Source: a virus
Strand: one strand, 5' to 3'
IMG/VR virus record: IMGVR_UViG_3300005537_000012
Location: 1-44,997 of that record
DNA length: 44,997 bases
This document shows, piece by piece, positions 8,180 through 16,752 of this stretch. The position numbers were made by a program, and so were the translations under genes. The stretch's first letter is position 1. Each line of letters begins with the position of its first letter. Under the pieces are notes generated by a model. That model did no database searches and had not been told where the DNA came from. It saw only the letters and a program-made list of their open reading frames with translations.

Positions 8180-8913
8180 AGTCTAGGTCCAATGAACCTA
8201 TCGAACATCATGAGTGTCCGATAGATGTTGCGGAGCGCCTCAAGTCCGCCGGAGGGGTAAATCCCTTCGGCGGGCCAATGTTCCGTGTAATTTGGGGGTA
8301 TGACCGGATTGTTCCTATTCATGGTTTGTGGCAAGAGTTTGAACAATTTAAAGTAGCTCTTACAGCTATTCCTGCTGAAGTACCTGTATCCGACGGAGAA
8401 CCGGTAGTTTATGTCAATAAAGAACTTGTGGATGCCGGAGTAACTCTTGGAACTACTCATGAACGTGTTGTAACAAGATTAGTAAGAGAAGTTATTGAAA
8501 CTCGCCACTTGCCAAAATATCTTCCAGGGAATTGCTGGCATTTGGAAATGTGGCGTCATCCAGAAGAATATGGTTCCCCTGAACAATGGGGCAAAGCAGG
8601 TGAAGAAGTTGTTGGTACGATGACTATTGATACAGCTGGCCCATATCCAGAACGTGGAGAATATGAACTTTGTTATTCATTGACAACTGATGGAACGAGT
8701 CATGGAGACCGGCTTCCGCTTATTCCAGAAGTTGTTACTGAAATGGTCAGGATGATTGTTGTTGGCCGCGAGCGATTCAATTATTTGCAGCGGCGGGCGG
8801 CAATTGAGCAGGAGGAGCGAAGAAAAGAAGAAGGTTTTGTCAGGGTCGCACAGGACATGCTGAAAGACCAGTTGCGGCCTTATGCAGGAGAAGCAAATAT
8901 AGTAGTACCGTAG
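8176..8913 (+). CDS. Hypothetical late protein (245 aa)
   Basis: GTG start overlapping the previous stop (GTGA); ORF-track ORF. Confidence 0.55.
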   Translation: MKSRSNEPIEHHECPIDVAERLKSAGGVNPFGGPMFRVIWGYDRIVPIHGLWQEFEQFKVALTAIPAEVPVSDGEPVVYVNKELVDAGVTLGTTHERVVTRLVREVIETRHLPKYLPGNCWHLEMWRHPEEYGSPEQWGKAGEEVVGTMTIDTAGPYPERGEYELCYSLTTDGTSHGDRLPLIPEVVTEMVRMIVVGRERFNYLQRRAAIEQEERRKEEGFVRVAQDMLKDQLRPYAGEANIVVP

Positions 8914-8935
8914 CAAAACTACGAAGGAGATAAAA

Positions 8936-9802
8936 ATGTCACAAGCAGCAATTGTAATCAATGTTTCAAATCACGAACAGGCTCATGCAAATGGCTTGTC
9001 GGGAAACTTCATTGTGCCGGCGAAAAAGTCAAATGAAAAGTTCGGTATGTTAGTTATCTTTCCTACTCCTGAAATTCAGGATATTGGCGATGGTCGCAAA
9101 GTGGTTCACTGGTTGAAGGCTATGCCCATCGCCATGGACGTCGTAGGGCTACGGTCGGATGCTGCGGCGCATGGCCTGGGAGTTTCTGGAACGAAGGAGA
9201 AGTGGGGAATTATGCTTTGTGAAGCAGAACCTGACCTTCCAAAGTCCCTTATCAAAGTTCTTGAAGATGAAATGGATTTTCTCAACAATAACCCGCCGGA
9301 TACAAAGATGCGCCTTGATGCAAAGACAAAAGCGGTTGTGGCGACGAATGTTGAAGATGTTTCTGTTCGCGATGAGAAAATCAGGTTATCGGACTTGGTT
9401 GCTTCTGAAAAGCAAGATTTTCTTGATTACTGCCGGCGGCTGGTTACGAAGGCAGAAATTGACAAAGCGAACCGTTTGCTTCAGCTCGAAGATCAACGCC
9501 TGGTTGCTGAAGGTGACCGGATGTGGGCTCGGCCGGCGGAGCAACAGAATATTAATGAACTCCATCGGAATGCTTGTACGCGTCTTGGCCAGGAGCGTCC
9601 CTGGTCATATATTCCGCAGCAGCTTGTGGATTGCCCAGGATGCGGAGCAAAAATCAAAGAAAATATCTTGTCTTGCCCGCAATGTGGCGGCTGGCTGGAT
9701 GAAGGAATTGAGAAACTTCGCCTGATGGAGTCGAAGGTTCGAGCAGTTAAGATGTATCCGAACCGGGATGTCCAACCAGTAGGAGCAGGTTCAAAAGGAT
9801 AA
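8936..9802 (+). CDS. Hypothetical late protein with a C-terminal zinc ribbon (CPGCG..CPQCGG)
   Basis: RBS AAGGAG; ORF-track ORF. Confidence 0.6.
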   Translation: MSQAAIVINVSNHEQAHANGLSGNFIVPAKKSNEKFGMLVIFPTPEIQDIGDGRKVVHWLKAMPIAMDVVGLRSDAAAHGLGVSGTKEKWGIMLCEAEPDLPKSLIKVLEDEMDFLNNNPPDTKMRLDAKTKAVVATNVEDVSVRDEKIRLSDLVASEKQDFLDYCRRLVTKAEIDKANRLLQLEDQRLVAEGDRMWARPAEQQNINELHRNACTRLGQERPWSYIPQQLVDCPGCGAKIKENILSCPQCGGWLDEGIEKLRLMESKVRAVKMYPNRDVQPVGAGSKG

Positions 9803-9805
9803 CTA

Positions 9806-10594
9806 GTGCCAATTCTTCCTAGCACCGCGTACGTCACCGCTGAAACGGTTCTTAATCGTATCAGGATGATTCTGAACGATTCAGAAGTCGCCGGCGGTGA
9901 CGTGCTTACAGATACTGCGCCATTTACATTTGATGTATTGAATAGCGCGTTTGAGCGGGTGCAGAAAGAACTTGCAATTTTTGGTGTTGAGACTTATGCG
10001 ACGGAAACCTGGATGCTGGCGGTTCCAGTTCCTCTTGTTTCTGACCCGGAAGCCAGAGTGATTATCAATGACCAGGGTACTTCAACGATTTATCCAAGTG
10101 GAGTAGGAAATACTTTTTCATTGACTCCGCAGCTTCCAACAGATTTAGTTGTTCCTCTTATATTGTGGGAACGGCAGAATGGAACAAATAATTTCACCGG
10201 TCCAAAGATGAAACAAATGCCAGATGGTTTGCTGAATATGATACAGCAGACATTCTTAGTTGATTGGCAATGGTTAAATGACGGGATTTATCTTCGTGGC
10301 GCCCTCCAGGTCCAGGACCTCAAGATGCGCTACGAAAAGCAGCTCTTGCAGCTTGCTGCTGTAACCGACCCTGTGCCTATCCGTGGGGTTCTAAACGCTG
10401 TTGCTAGGGCCGGAGCGCAGGTCTTTTGCGAATCCAGGGGAGGAGCAGTCAGCCCGCTCTTTGCAAAAGAAGCAGCTGATGAAATATTTCTGTTGCAGGC
10501 AATCTCAACACGCCGGCGACAGCGTAGGCAGGTCCGGCGCAAGCCATATTCAGGTCGTGGCGGCCGCGGGCAAGCCGGAGGGCCGATAGTTTAA
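9806..10594 (+). CDS. Hypothetical virion protein (position of a head-tail adaptor / T7 gp11-like gene)
   Basis: GTG start with AAAGGA upstream. Assignment is by gene order only. Confidence 0.5.
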   Translation: MPILPSTAYVTAETVLNRIRMILNDSEVAGGDVLTDTAPFTFDVLNSAFERVQKELAIFGVETYATETWMLAVPVPLVSDPEARVIINDQGTSTIYPSGVGNTFSLTPQLPTDLVVPLILWERQNGTNNFTGPKMKQMPDGLLNMIQQTFLVDWQWLNDGIYLRGALQVQDLKMRYEKQLLQLAAVTDPVPIRGVLNAVARAGAQVFCESRGGAVSPLFAKEAADEIFLLQAISTRRRQRRQVRRKPYSGRGGRGQAGGPIV

Positions 10595-10603
10595 GGAGGA
10601 AAT

Positions 10604-10969
10604 ATGTCTTTAGCTGTTGCAATTAGTTATGTGAAGTCAGACGGGCAGCTTATTCGCGTCGGGTTCAATCTTACTCCATCTGGGAACTATGTTCCTGGTG
10701 GGGATACGGTAAACCTAGCTACAGCATCACAGGACCCGTCATTTATTGGGTCAGTGGCTGCAGTTGAATCGTTGGGCGCTCCAATCAGTTTGGACATCTG
10801 GGATGCTGGTGGCGGGATTCAGTCTGGACTTTTTCCGGTTCTTGGAACAAATCTGACAAATAGCAAGATGAAGGTAATTACGGCTTTTAATACTGAAGCT
10901 GGTGCTGTTGCTTATTCCGGCCTTGGAATTGTGAAGGCTATCGGTGAGGCAGTTTTCAACAAAGTATAA
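10604..10969 (+). CDS. Hypothetical virion protein (121 aa)
   Basis: RBS AAGGAGG; ORF-track ORF. Confidence 0.55.
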   Translation: MSLAVAISYVKSDGQLIRVGFNLTPSGNYVPGGDTVNLATASQDPSFIGSVAAVESLGAPISLDIWDAGGGIQSGLFPVLGTNLTNSKMKVITAFNTEAGAVAYSGLGIVKAIGEAVFNKV

Positions 10970-10981
10970 ACGGGGGTTGTC

Positions 10982-13900
10982 TTGCTATACGCAGACCTAC
11001 TTGACGTTCCGATTGAGGTCTTTGGCGGATATACTCCTGCAATTCCACCGCAGAACCTTCCGCCAGGGGCCTCTCCTTTTTGTCAGGATGTTGAATTTCC
11101 AATGGGTTCTGTCCGCCAGCGTGGAGGTTTGCAGAATTCTTTTCCATTTGCGACTTTTCCACCGACAGCTGCTATAAATGGTTTAAAGACGTATAGTACT
11201 CCTACTCTTGTAAAACGTCTTATGGTTTGGGATTCATTTGGAAATCTTTATAAAGAAAATCCACAAGGAGTTCTTAATCTTCTTTTTTCTCGGCCACAAG
11301 GAGCAAATACTCTTTATCAGTCAACCACTTTGTTTGGTCGTGAATATCAAGCTTTCTTGTCAAATTTAGGAAATGCCGTTGATATTCCTCGCCAATATGA
11401 TGATACAAACTGGGATAGAGTAAGCCAGATAGGACCTGGAGCGGCGCCGACCGCGGTTCAATCTGCTACAGCCGGAAATATTGCTGTTGGAAATCATCAA
11501 GTAAGTGTTGCCTTTATAACCAGGCAGGGTTATATCACATTTCCTGCTGTTCCACCGACAACCTGGAACCAGGCTGGAGCAAGTAAGCAAGTTGATTTAA
11601 CCAATATTCCGATTGGTCCTCCAAATATAGTTGCAAGGCTTCTGATTTTTACACCAGTTATTATTGCCCCGGCTGTTACTGGTACTTTTTACTCATTGCC
11701 AAATGGAAATTCTCAATTAACAACAAATACGTTAATGCTCATAAATGATAATATAACTACGGTATATACCGTTGATTTTACGGATGCAATTCTCATTACT
11801 GGTTTTAACGCTACTTATTTGTTCACTCAAAGAGAACTTGGAGAATGTTCTTTTGCTGGTGGATACAATTCCAGAACAGTATTTCTTGGTGAACGTAATA
11901 AACAGCAAAATGTCGTGAATTTTACTTTTGATGGTGGTTTTGGTGGTGGGGCAATAAATCCTACTCTTGGTTCTCAAGGCCCAAACAATTGTTCAGTTGG
12001 TTCTGATATTGCTGTTACAAGTGGAGTTGCATGGAGCAATCCTGGGAATATTGCCATAGCGGCTCAAAGCGCTACATTTGCAGCTGGATTAAATGCTAAT
12101 AAGTTTTCTGATTATTTAAGGGCAACAGGATTTGGATTTATAATACCGTCAGCCGCCACTATTCTTGGAATAACTGTAACTATCTCAAAAAGACAAGGTG
12201 GAGTCCAGAAACAACTTTATGACCGCTCTGTTCTTATAGTTAAGGGTGGTAATGCTGCTGGATTTGACCATTCAAATGGGCTTATCTGGCCAACAGCGCT
12301 TACACCTTTTGTTTATGGAGGTTCTGGAGACCTTTGGGGAACTACTTGGCTTCCCGCTGATATCAATGCCGCTAATTTTGGAGTTCAGATTCAATGTACT
12401 AATACTGATGTTTCAGCTGCTTCTCCTATAGTAAGTGCTTTTGTCACAATTACTGTTAATTATAGTTTGCCGGCGGTTGGCGGAGCGGTAGGACCGTTGG
12501 GATGGACTCAGACTGCTTCTTATGGTGGTGGAAGTTCGGCGATTACTGCCGGTCTTCTAGGAGATTGGCAGGATGCTTTTGCAATTACTGGTGACGGGGC
12601 AACAAATGTAAGAGGAAAAATCACACAACCAGTAAATAAAGATTATTTTGGAGCTCCTATTATTGCTCCGGCGACTACTTATCAAGTCAGAGTTAGATTG
12701 GCAAGAAATAATATTCTTGTCCAGGGAGCCATACATATTGATTTACAATCAACAATTGGGGCTTTTACAACTTCAGGTTTAATTGTTCAGGCAGCTCAGC
12801 TTACAACCAATTTTGTTGAATTTATCGGAGTATTGACAGCGGCAATTGCCGCTCCTCCTTCTGACTTAGTGATAGAAGTTTATGCGGATGGAACTCCTAC
12901 CAATGGTGGAATATTCATAATTGATTCAATTGAAATATTCCCGATGAATTCTCCGTTCAATTATTCAACGGCATGGCTTTCTCATGCTTTTAATCCTGAA
13001 TCATTTGATAATACTACAAGTCAGATTCAGATTCGCCCTAATGACGGGCAACAGCTTCATGCTGCATTTCCTATAAGGAATAATTATTATTTTGGAAAAG
13101 ACAATTATTTGTGCTATGTAACTGATGACGGTCAGAATGAGCCGGCATCCTGGGCAGTTAATGAAGTTTCAGCAACTATCGGCATTGCTGGTCCTAATGC
13201 CTGTGATTGGACTGAGGAATGGGCGGCATTTGCTCATCGAACTGGAGCATACTTATGCTGGGGTTCAGACCCGGTTAAAATTACGCAAGAAATTGAAGAA
13301 GATGCTTCATTAACAGGTAAGATTGTCTGGAATTCTATTAATTGGGCTTTTGACTTTAATATATGGGTGCGTATTGACCAAACTAATCGTAGAATTCTAA
13401 TTGGTGCACCAGTAAATGGAGCCGTTGTTCCAAATATTGTTTTTGTTCTTGATTATAAATGGCTTGATTCTCCGCAGGATATTGCTTCTAGCCCCATGGT
13501 TACTTATTCGGCTTTTACCGGTAAAATCCTGGCTCATGGGCGAGGCCGGCGTTGGACTTATTGGAATATCGCTGCAAGCAGCATGTGTTTTGCTGAACGA
13601 ACTGATGGAACTGCTCAGCCGTTTTTTGGAAATTCAGCAGGTAATGGAAATGTCTGGCAGCAGGTTCCTTGCAACGTGCAAGCTTATGACCAGTTAGTGA
13701 CAGGCATTGGTATCACATCTCTAATTATCAATGCTGTTTATAACAGTTATTTTGCTCCATCAGGAATGGAAGAACAAGGACTTCAACTTGGTGGGCACCA
13801 GAAACTTCTTGGTTATATTAAATGGAGTGCTCGTGGAACGGGAAATTTATTTTTGTCAATTGTTTCTGGAAGTAGAACAACAGTATTGAGGACTTATGCT

Positions 13901-14068
13901 CTTTCACTTACTCCACTATCTGATTCAGGCCGCGGAGTAAATATTAAAAGTGAACGATTTTCTTTTAGCATATCAACGAATGCTGTTGGTTCTTGGTTTC
14001 AGTTGGAAAAATGGATTTTTTGTATGAAGAAGGCACCAACAATGCTTGTCACAGGTACGAATACATGA
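10982..14068 (+). CDS. Large tail structural protein (1028 aa; position of a nozzle / tail tubular B-like gene)
   Basis: TTG start after GGGGG. Longest ORF in the genome, AT-richer than its neighbours. Assignment is by size and order. Confidence 0.6.
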   Translation: MLYADLLDVPIEVFGGYTPAIPPQNLPPGASPFCQDVEFPMGSVRQRGGLQNSFPFATFPPTAAINGLKTYSTPTLVKRLMVWDSFGNLYKENPQGVLNLLFSRPQGANTLYQSTTLFGREYQAFLSNLGNAVDIPRQYDDTNWDRVSQIGPGAAPTAVQSATAGNIAVGNHQVSVAFITRQGYITFPAVPPTTWNQAGASKQVDLTNIPIGPPNIVARLLIFTPVIIAPAVTGTFYSLPNGNSQLTTNTLMLINDNITTVYTVDFTDAILITGFNATYLFTQRELGECSFAGGYNSRTVFLGERNKQQNVVNFTFDGGFGGGAINPTLGSQGPNNCSVGSDIAVTSGVAWSNPGNIAIAAQSATFAAGLNANKFSDYLRATGFGFIIPSAATILGITVTISKRQGGVQKQLYDRSVLIVKGGNAAGFDHSNGLIWPTALTPFVYGGSGDLWGTTWLPADINAANFGVQIQCTNTDVSAASPIVSAFVTITVNYSLPAVGGAVGPLGWTQTASYGGGSSAITAGLLGDWQDAFAITGDGATNVRGKITQPVNKDYFGAPIIAPATTYQVRVRLARNNILVQGAIHIDLQSTIGAFTTSGLIVQAAQLTTNFVEFIGVLTAAIAAPPSDLVIEVYADGTPTNGGIFIIDSIEIFPMNSPFNYSTAWLSHAFNPESFDNTTSQIQIRPNDGQQLHAAFPIRNNYYFGKDNYLCYVTDDGQNEPASWAVNEVSATIGIAGPNACDWTEEWAAFAHRTGAYLCWGSDPVKITQEIEEDASLTGKIVWNSINWAFDFNIWVRIDQTNRRILIGAPVNGAVVPNIVFVLDYKWLDSPQDIASSPMVTYSAFTGKILAHGRGRRWTYWNIAASSMCFAERTDGTAQPFFGNSAGNGNVWQQVPCNVQAYDQLVTGIGITSLIINAVYNSYFAPSGMEEQGLQLGGHQKLLGYIKWSARGTGNLFLSIVSGSRTTVLRTYALSLTPLSDSGRGVNIKSERFSFSISTNAVGSWFQLEKWIFCMKKAPTMLVTGTNT

Positions 14069-14259
14069 TGCGTACATGTGAATGGTCTGGATGTGTTAAT
14101 TGGTCCCAATGGATAGTGCGTAAACTTGTAAATGAAGAGTGGAAAATAATCAGGAGGCTTTGTCAGAAGCATAAAGAAGAATATCAAAAACATGCAACTG
14201 ATAAAGATATTAAATATTCTTTTGTAGGAGCAGAACCAAGTGGCCTTAACAATACCTAA
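14065..14259 (+). CDS. Small Cys/Trp-rich protein (64 aa)
   Basis: ATGA overlap with the stop of the 1028-aa ORF. Sequence MMRTCEWSGCVNWSQW... Confidence 0.4.
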   Translation: MMRTCEWSGCVNWSQWIVRKLVNEEWKIIRRLCQKHKEEYQKHATDKDIKYSFVGAEPSGLNNT

Positions 14260-14401
14260 TCTGGATAAAATTATTAAGCAAGACCCTAAACTCGGGGAAG
14301 CTTTGACAAAAGTCCAGGTTTATGAAAATCAAAACGTTCCGGTGGTCCCAGGCAATCGGCGCCAGCCACCAGGTTTTGTGAATCCAGGAGTGCCAAAGTA
14401 A
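14240..14401 (+). CDS. Possible small protein (53 aa, GTG start)
   Basis: AGGAG 9 nt upstream of GTG 14240. Stop TAA 14399-14401 abuts the next ATG (14402). Not in the ORF track. Confidence 0.3.
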   Translation: MALTIPNLDKIIKQDPKLGEALTKVQVYENQNVPVVPGNRRQPPGFVNPGVPK

Positions 14402-14791
14402 ATGATTTTTATCCGCCCATATACAGAGCAGGACCTGGAACAAATCAAGGCTTTGCATAAAGCCCAGGGATTTGAATATGAACTCCCGACGGAACTACTT
14501 CCAGCATCAGCTGTTATTGAAGAAAATGGCGGGATAACTCACGCTCTTTTGCTACGTATGACTTCTGAAGCTTATTGGTTGTTTGACCCAAAAGTCCAAA
14601 GCCGACGTGAACGCCTTGGACGGATGCTAATGCTGAGAAAAGAAGTTTCATTTGTTGCAAAGAAAATCGGGCTGGAAGATATTCATGCTTGGATTCCAAG
14701 AAGTTTGTCGGAAAACAAGTGCTTTAATACAACGCTTTTAAGACTTGGATGGGAGCGGCAAGAATGGCAGCCGTATAGGTATCAACTATGA
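14402..14791 (+). CDS. GNAT-like (acetyltransferase-fold) small protein
   Basis: MIFIRPYTEQDLEQIKALH N-terminus and ..LFDPKVQSRRERLGRMLM..IHAWIP..N..F...LLRLGWER resemble GNAT beta1 / motif A / C-terminal patterns. The Q/RxxGxG/A motif is imperfect. Confidence 0.5.
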   Translation: MIFIRPYTEQDLEQIKALHKAQGFEYELPTELLPASAVIEENGGITHALLLRMTSEAYWLFDPKVQSRRERLGRMLMLRKEVSFVAKKIGLEDIHAWIPRSLSENKCFNTTLLRLGWERQEWQPYRYQL

Positions 14792-15399
14792 AAATAGCTA
14801 CAAAAGTTGTATTTGACCCGGAAACCTTTGCACCGACTGTAATTGAGTGGTATAAATATGATGGTCCTATTGACCAGATGCGCGGTGCTGCATCGGCAGC
14901 GAAGACCCAGCTTCAAACAACAAATCAAATTGGAGGACAACAGCAGGCGAAGGCAAATACTCTTGAAAATCAGTTGATTCCTGGTTATACATCATTAATG
15001 GATACAGGTTATTTGAGCCCTGAAGAGGAAGCCGCAGCAACTCAAACAGAAATGGGAACTGCCACACAGCCTTTTGAGAATGCAAAATTTGGCGCTGCGG
15101 ATAGAGCCGCGGCAACCAGGAATGCTTCAGATTTGACTGCCCAGCAGGACCAATTGGCTCTCGAGGAAGGCCAAACAGCTGGTGGAGCAGCAGCGAACCT
15201 GCAGCAACAGAAGATGCAGAACCAGCTTTCCGGTATGTACGGCCTTGGGCAAGAACAACAACTGAATACAACTGAAGCTGAAAGCATGTATGGTCTAGCG
15301 CCATCAACAATTAATGCCTGGTCGAATGCTCAGAATAATAACCCAATGCTGAATTTTGCCGGCAAACTCGTTGGAGCAGCCGGGTCAGCCGCGGCATAA
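14788..15399 (+). CDS. Q/A-rich putative internal virion (ejection) protein
   Basis: ATGA coupling. Low-complexity Q/A-rich sequence. Position matches the T7 gp14-like block. Confidence 0.5.
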   Translation: MKIATKVVFDPETFAPTVIEWYKYDGPIDQMRGAASAAKTQLQTTNQIGGQQQAKANTLENQLIPGYTSLMDTGYLSPEEEAAATQTEMGTATQPFENAKFGAADRAAATRNASDLTAQQDQLALEEGQTAGGAAANLQQQKMQNQLSGMYGLGQEQQLNTTEAESMYGLAPSTINAWSNAQNNNPMLNFAGKLVGAAGSAAA

Positions 15400-15408
15400 G
15401 GAGCCTTT

Positions 15409-16752
15409 ATGGCAATTGATGTTGACAACTATGAAGGCATAGATACCGAAGAGGACGAACTCAAGAAGCGGCCGGCAAATTATGGGCCGCCCGCTCCTGA
15501 CTCTCCGGATATTACAGCGCCTCTGCCGGCCGGAGGCATCCAGCCAGTTTCAACCCCTGGCCCGCCTCCTCCAATTGAAGGAACACCGGGGGCTGAATAT
15601 GCTCCTGTCGAATCGAACCGGCCGGCTGAACCACCATTACCGTCTAGGCCGCAATACCAGCCACCGGATAAGCCAAGCTTGGGAAAGCGAATTGCCGTAG
15701 GAATGGCTGCTTTTGGCAATCCACAACTTGGTGCTGAAGCTGCTCACCGAGTCTTTGAAGAACCAAAACAAGAAGCTATGCAGAAATATCAAGCTGCAAC
15801 TGGCCAGTATAATACTGAATTCCAGCAAGGTCTTGAACAGCGCCGGGAAATTCGTGAAAGAAATAAAGAAGAATCTGAAGCGAAACTTCGCGGAGCTCAA
15901 GCCGGACAATTTGAAAGAGTTCCAGTCACTCTTCCAAATGGACAAATTGCTTACATACAGCAAAAGGATGTTGAAAAACTTCTTGGTACTGAAACGACTG
16001 CGGCTGCTGGTCAGAAAAAGGTTGAGACCCAGGGGCAAACAGCTCGGGATGTTGCTAATAAGAAAGTTGAGAACCAGCGCCACAATGTAAAGGTAATGGG
16101 TGATGGTACTTATGAAGAACTTGAGCCTGGGAAGTGGACAAAGATTGGCTCAGCTCCTCCGCGGACGGAACCAGGGAACTACGCTCCCATATATGACCCA
16201 GATTCAGGAGATTTTGCAGGATGGGTTAACCCAAAGAGCCAGCATTTTATTGGCGCCAATGAAGTCGGTGCTCCAGGTGGTGGGGCAGGGATTACGCCAG
16301 CCAAGCCAACTGGCCAGGCTGAATCAAGGCGTGAGCAGGCTAAAGTTGTTTCTCGAGCCGCTGACGGGCTCATCAAAACGATTCAGGCCAATAAGGATGC
16401 TGTCGGCGACGTGAATGCTATTATCCAGTCGGCTTTTCTTGGTACACCTCTAGCTGATAAACGGCTTTCAGGTATTGCAACTGAAATTGCTTCATTTGCG
16501 GCTTTGCAGCCGGCCCTTCACGGGTTCCGTGGCCAAGATGCCCTTCGTGAATTCATTAAATTTATTGGCGGAGTGCCGAAAGATGCTGATGCTCTCATTG
16601 CATCTATCCAGGCTATCAAGAAAACTGCCGGGTATTTTACTCCGCCAAAGAAAACTCCTAACGCTCCTGGTGGAAACGAATTGACTCCAGCAGCCCCAAA
16701 AACAGCCGCTGAATATCTGGATAAGCTTAAGCAGAAAGGTGCTCCGCACTAA
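15409..16752 (+). CDS. Pro-rich putative internal virion protein (447 aa)
   Basis: RBS AAGGAG; assignment by position. Confidence 0.5.
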   Translation: MAIDVDNYEGIDTEEDELKKRPANYGPPAPDSPDITAPLPAGGIQPVSTPGPPPPIEGTPGAEYAPVESNRPAEPPLPSRPQYQPPDKPSLGKRIAVGMAAFGNPQLGAEAAHRVFEEPKQEAMQKYQAATGQYNTEFQQGLEQRREIRERNKEESEAKLRGAQAGQFERVPVTLPNGQIAYIQQKDVEKLLGTETTAAAGQKKVETQGQTARDVANKKVENQRHNVKVMGDGTYEELEPGKWTKIGSAPPRTEPGNYAPIYDPDSGDFAGWVNPKSQHFIGANEVGAPGGGAGITPAKPTGQAESRREQAKVVSRAADGLIKTIQANKDAVGDVNAIIQSAFLGTPLADKRLSGIATEIASFAALQPALHGFRGQDALREFIKFIGGVPKDADALIASIQAIKKTAGYFTPPKKTPNAPGGNELTPAAPKTAAEYLDKLKQKGAPH

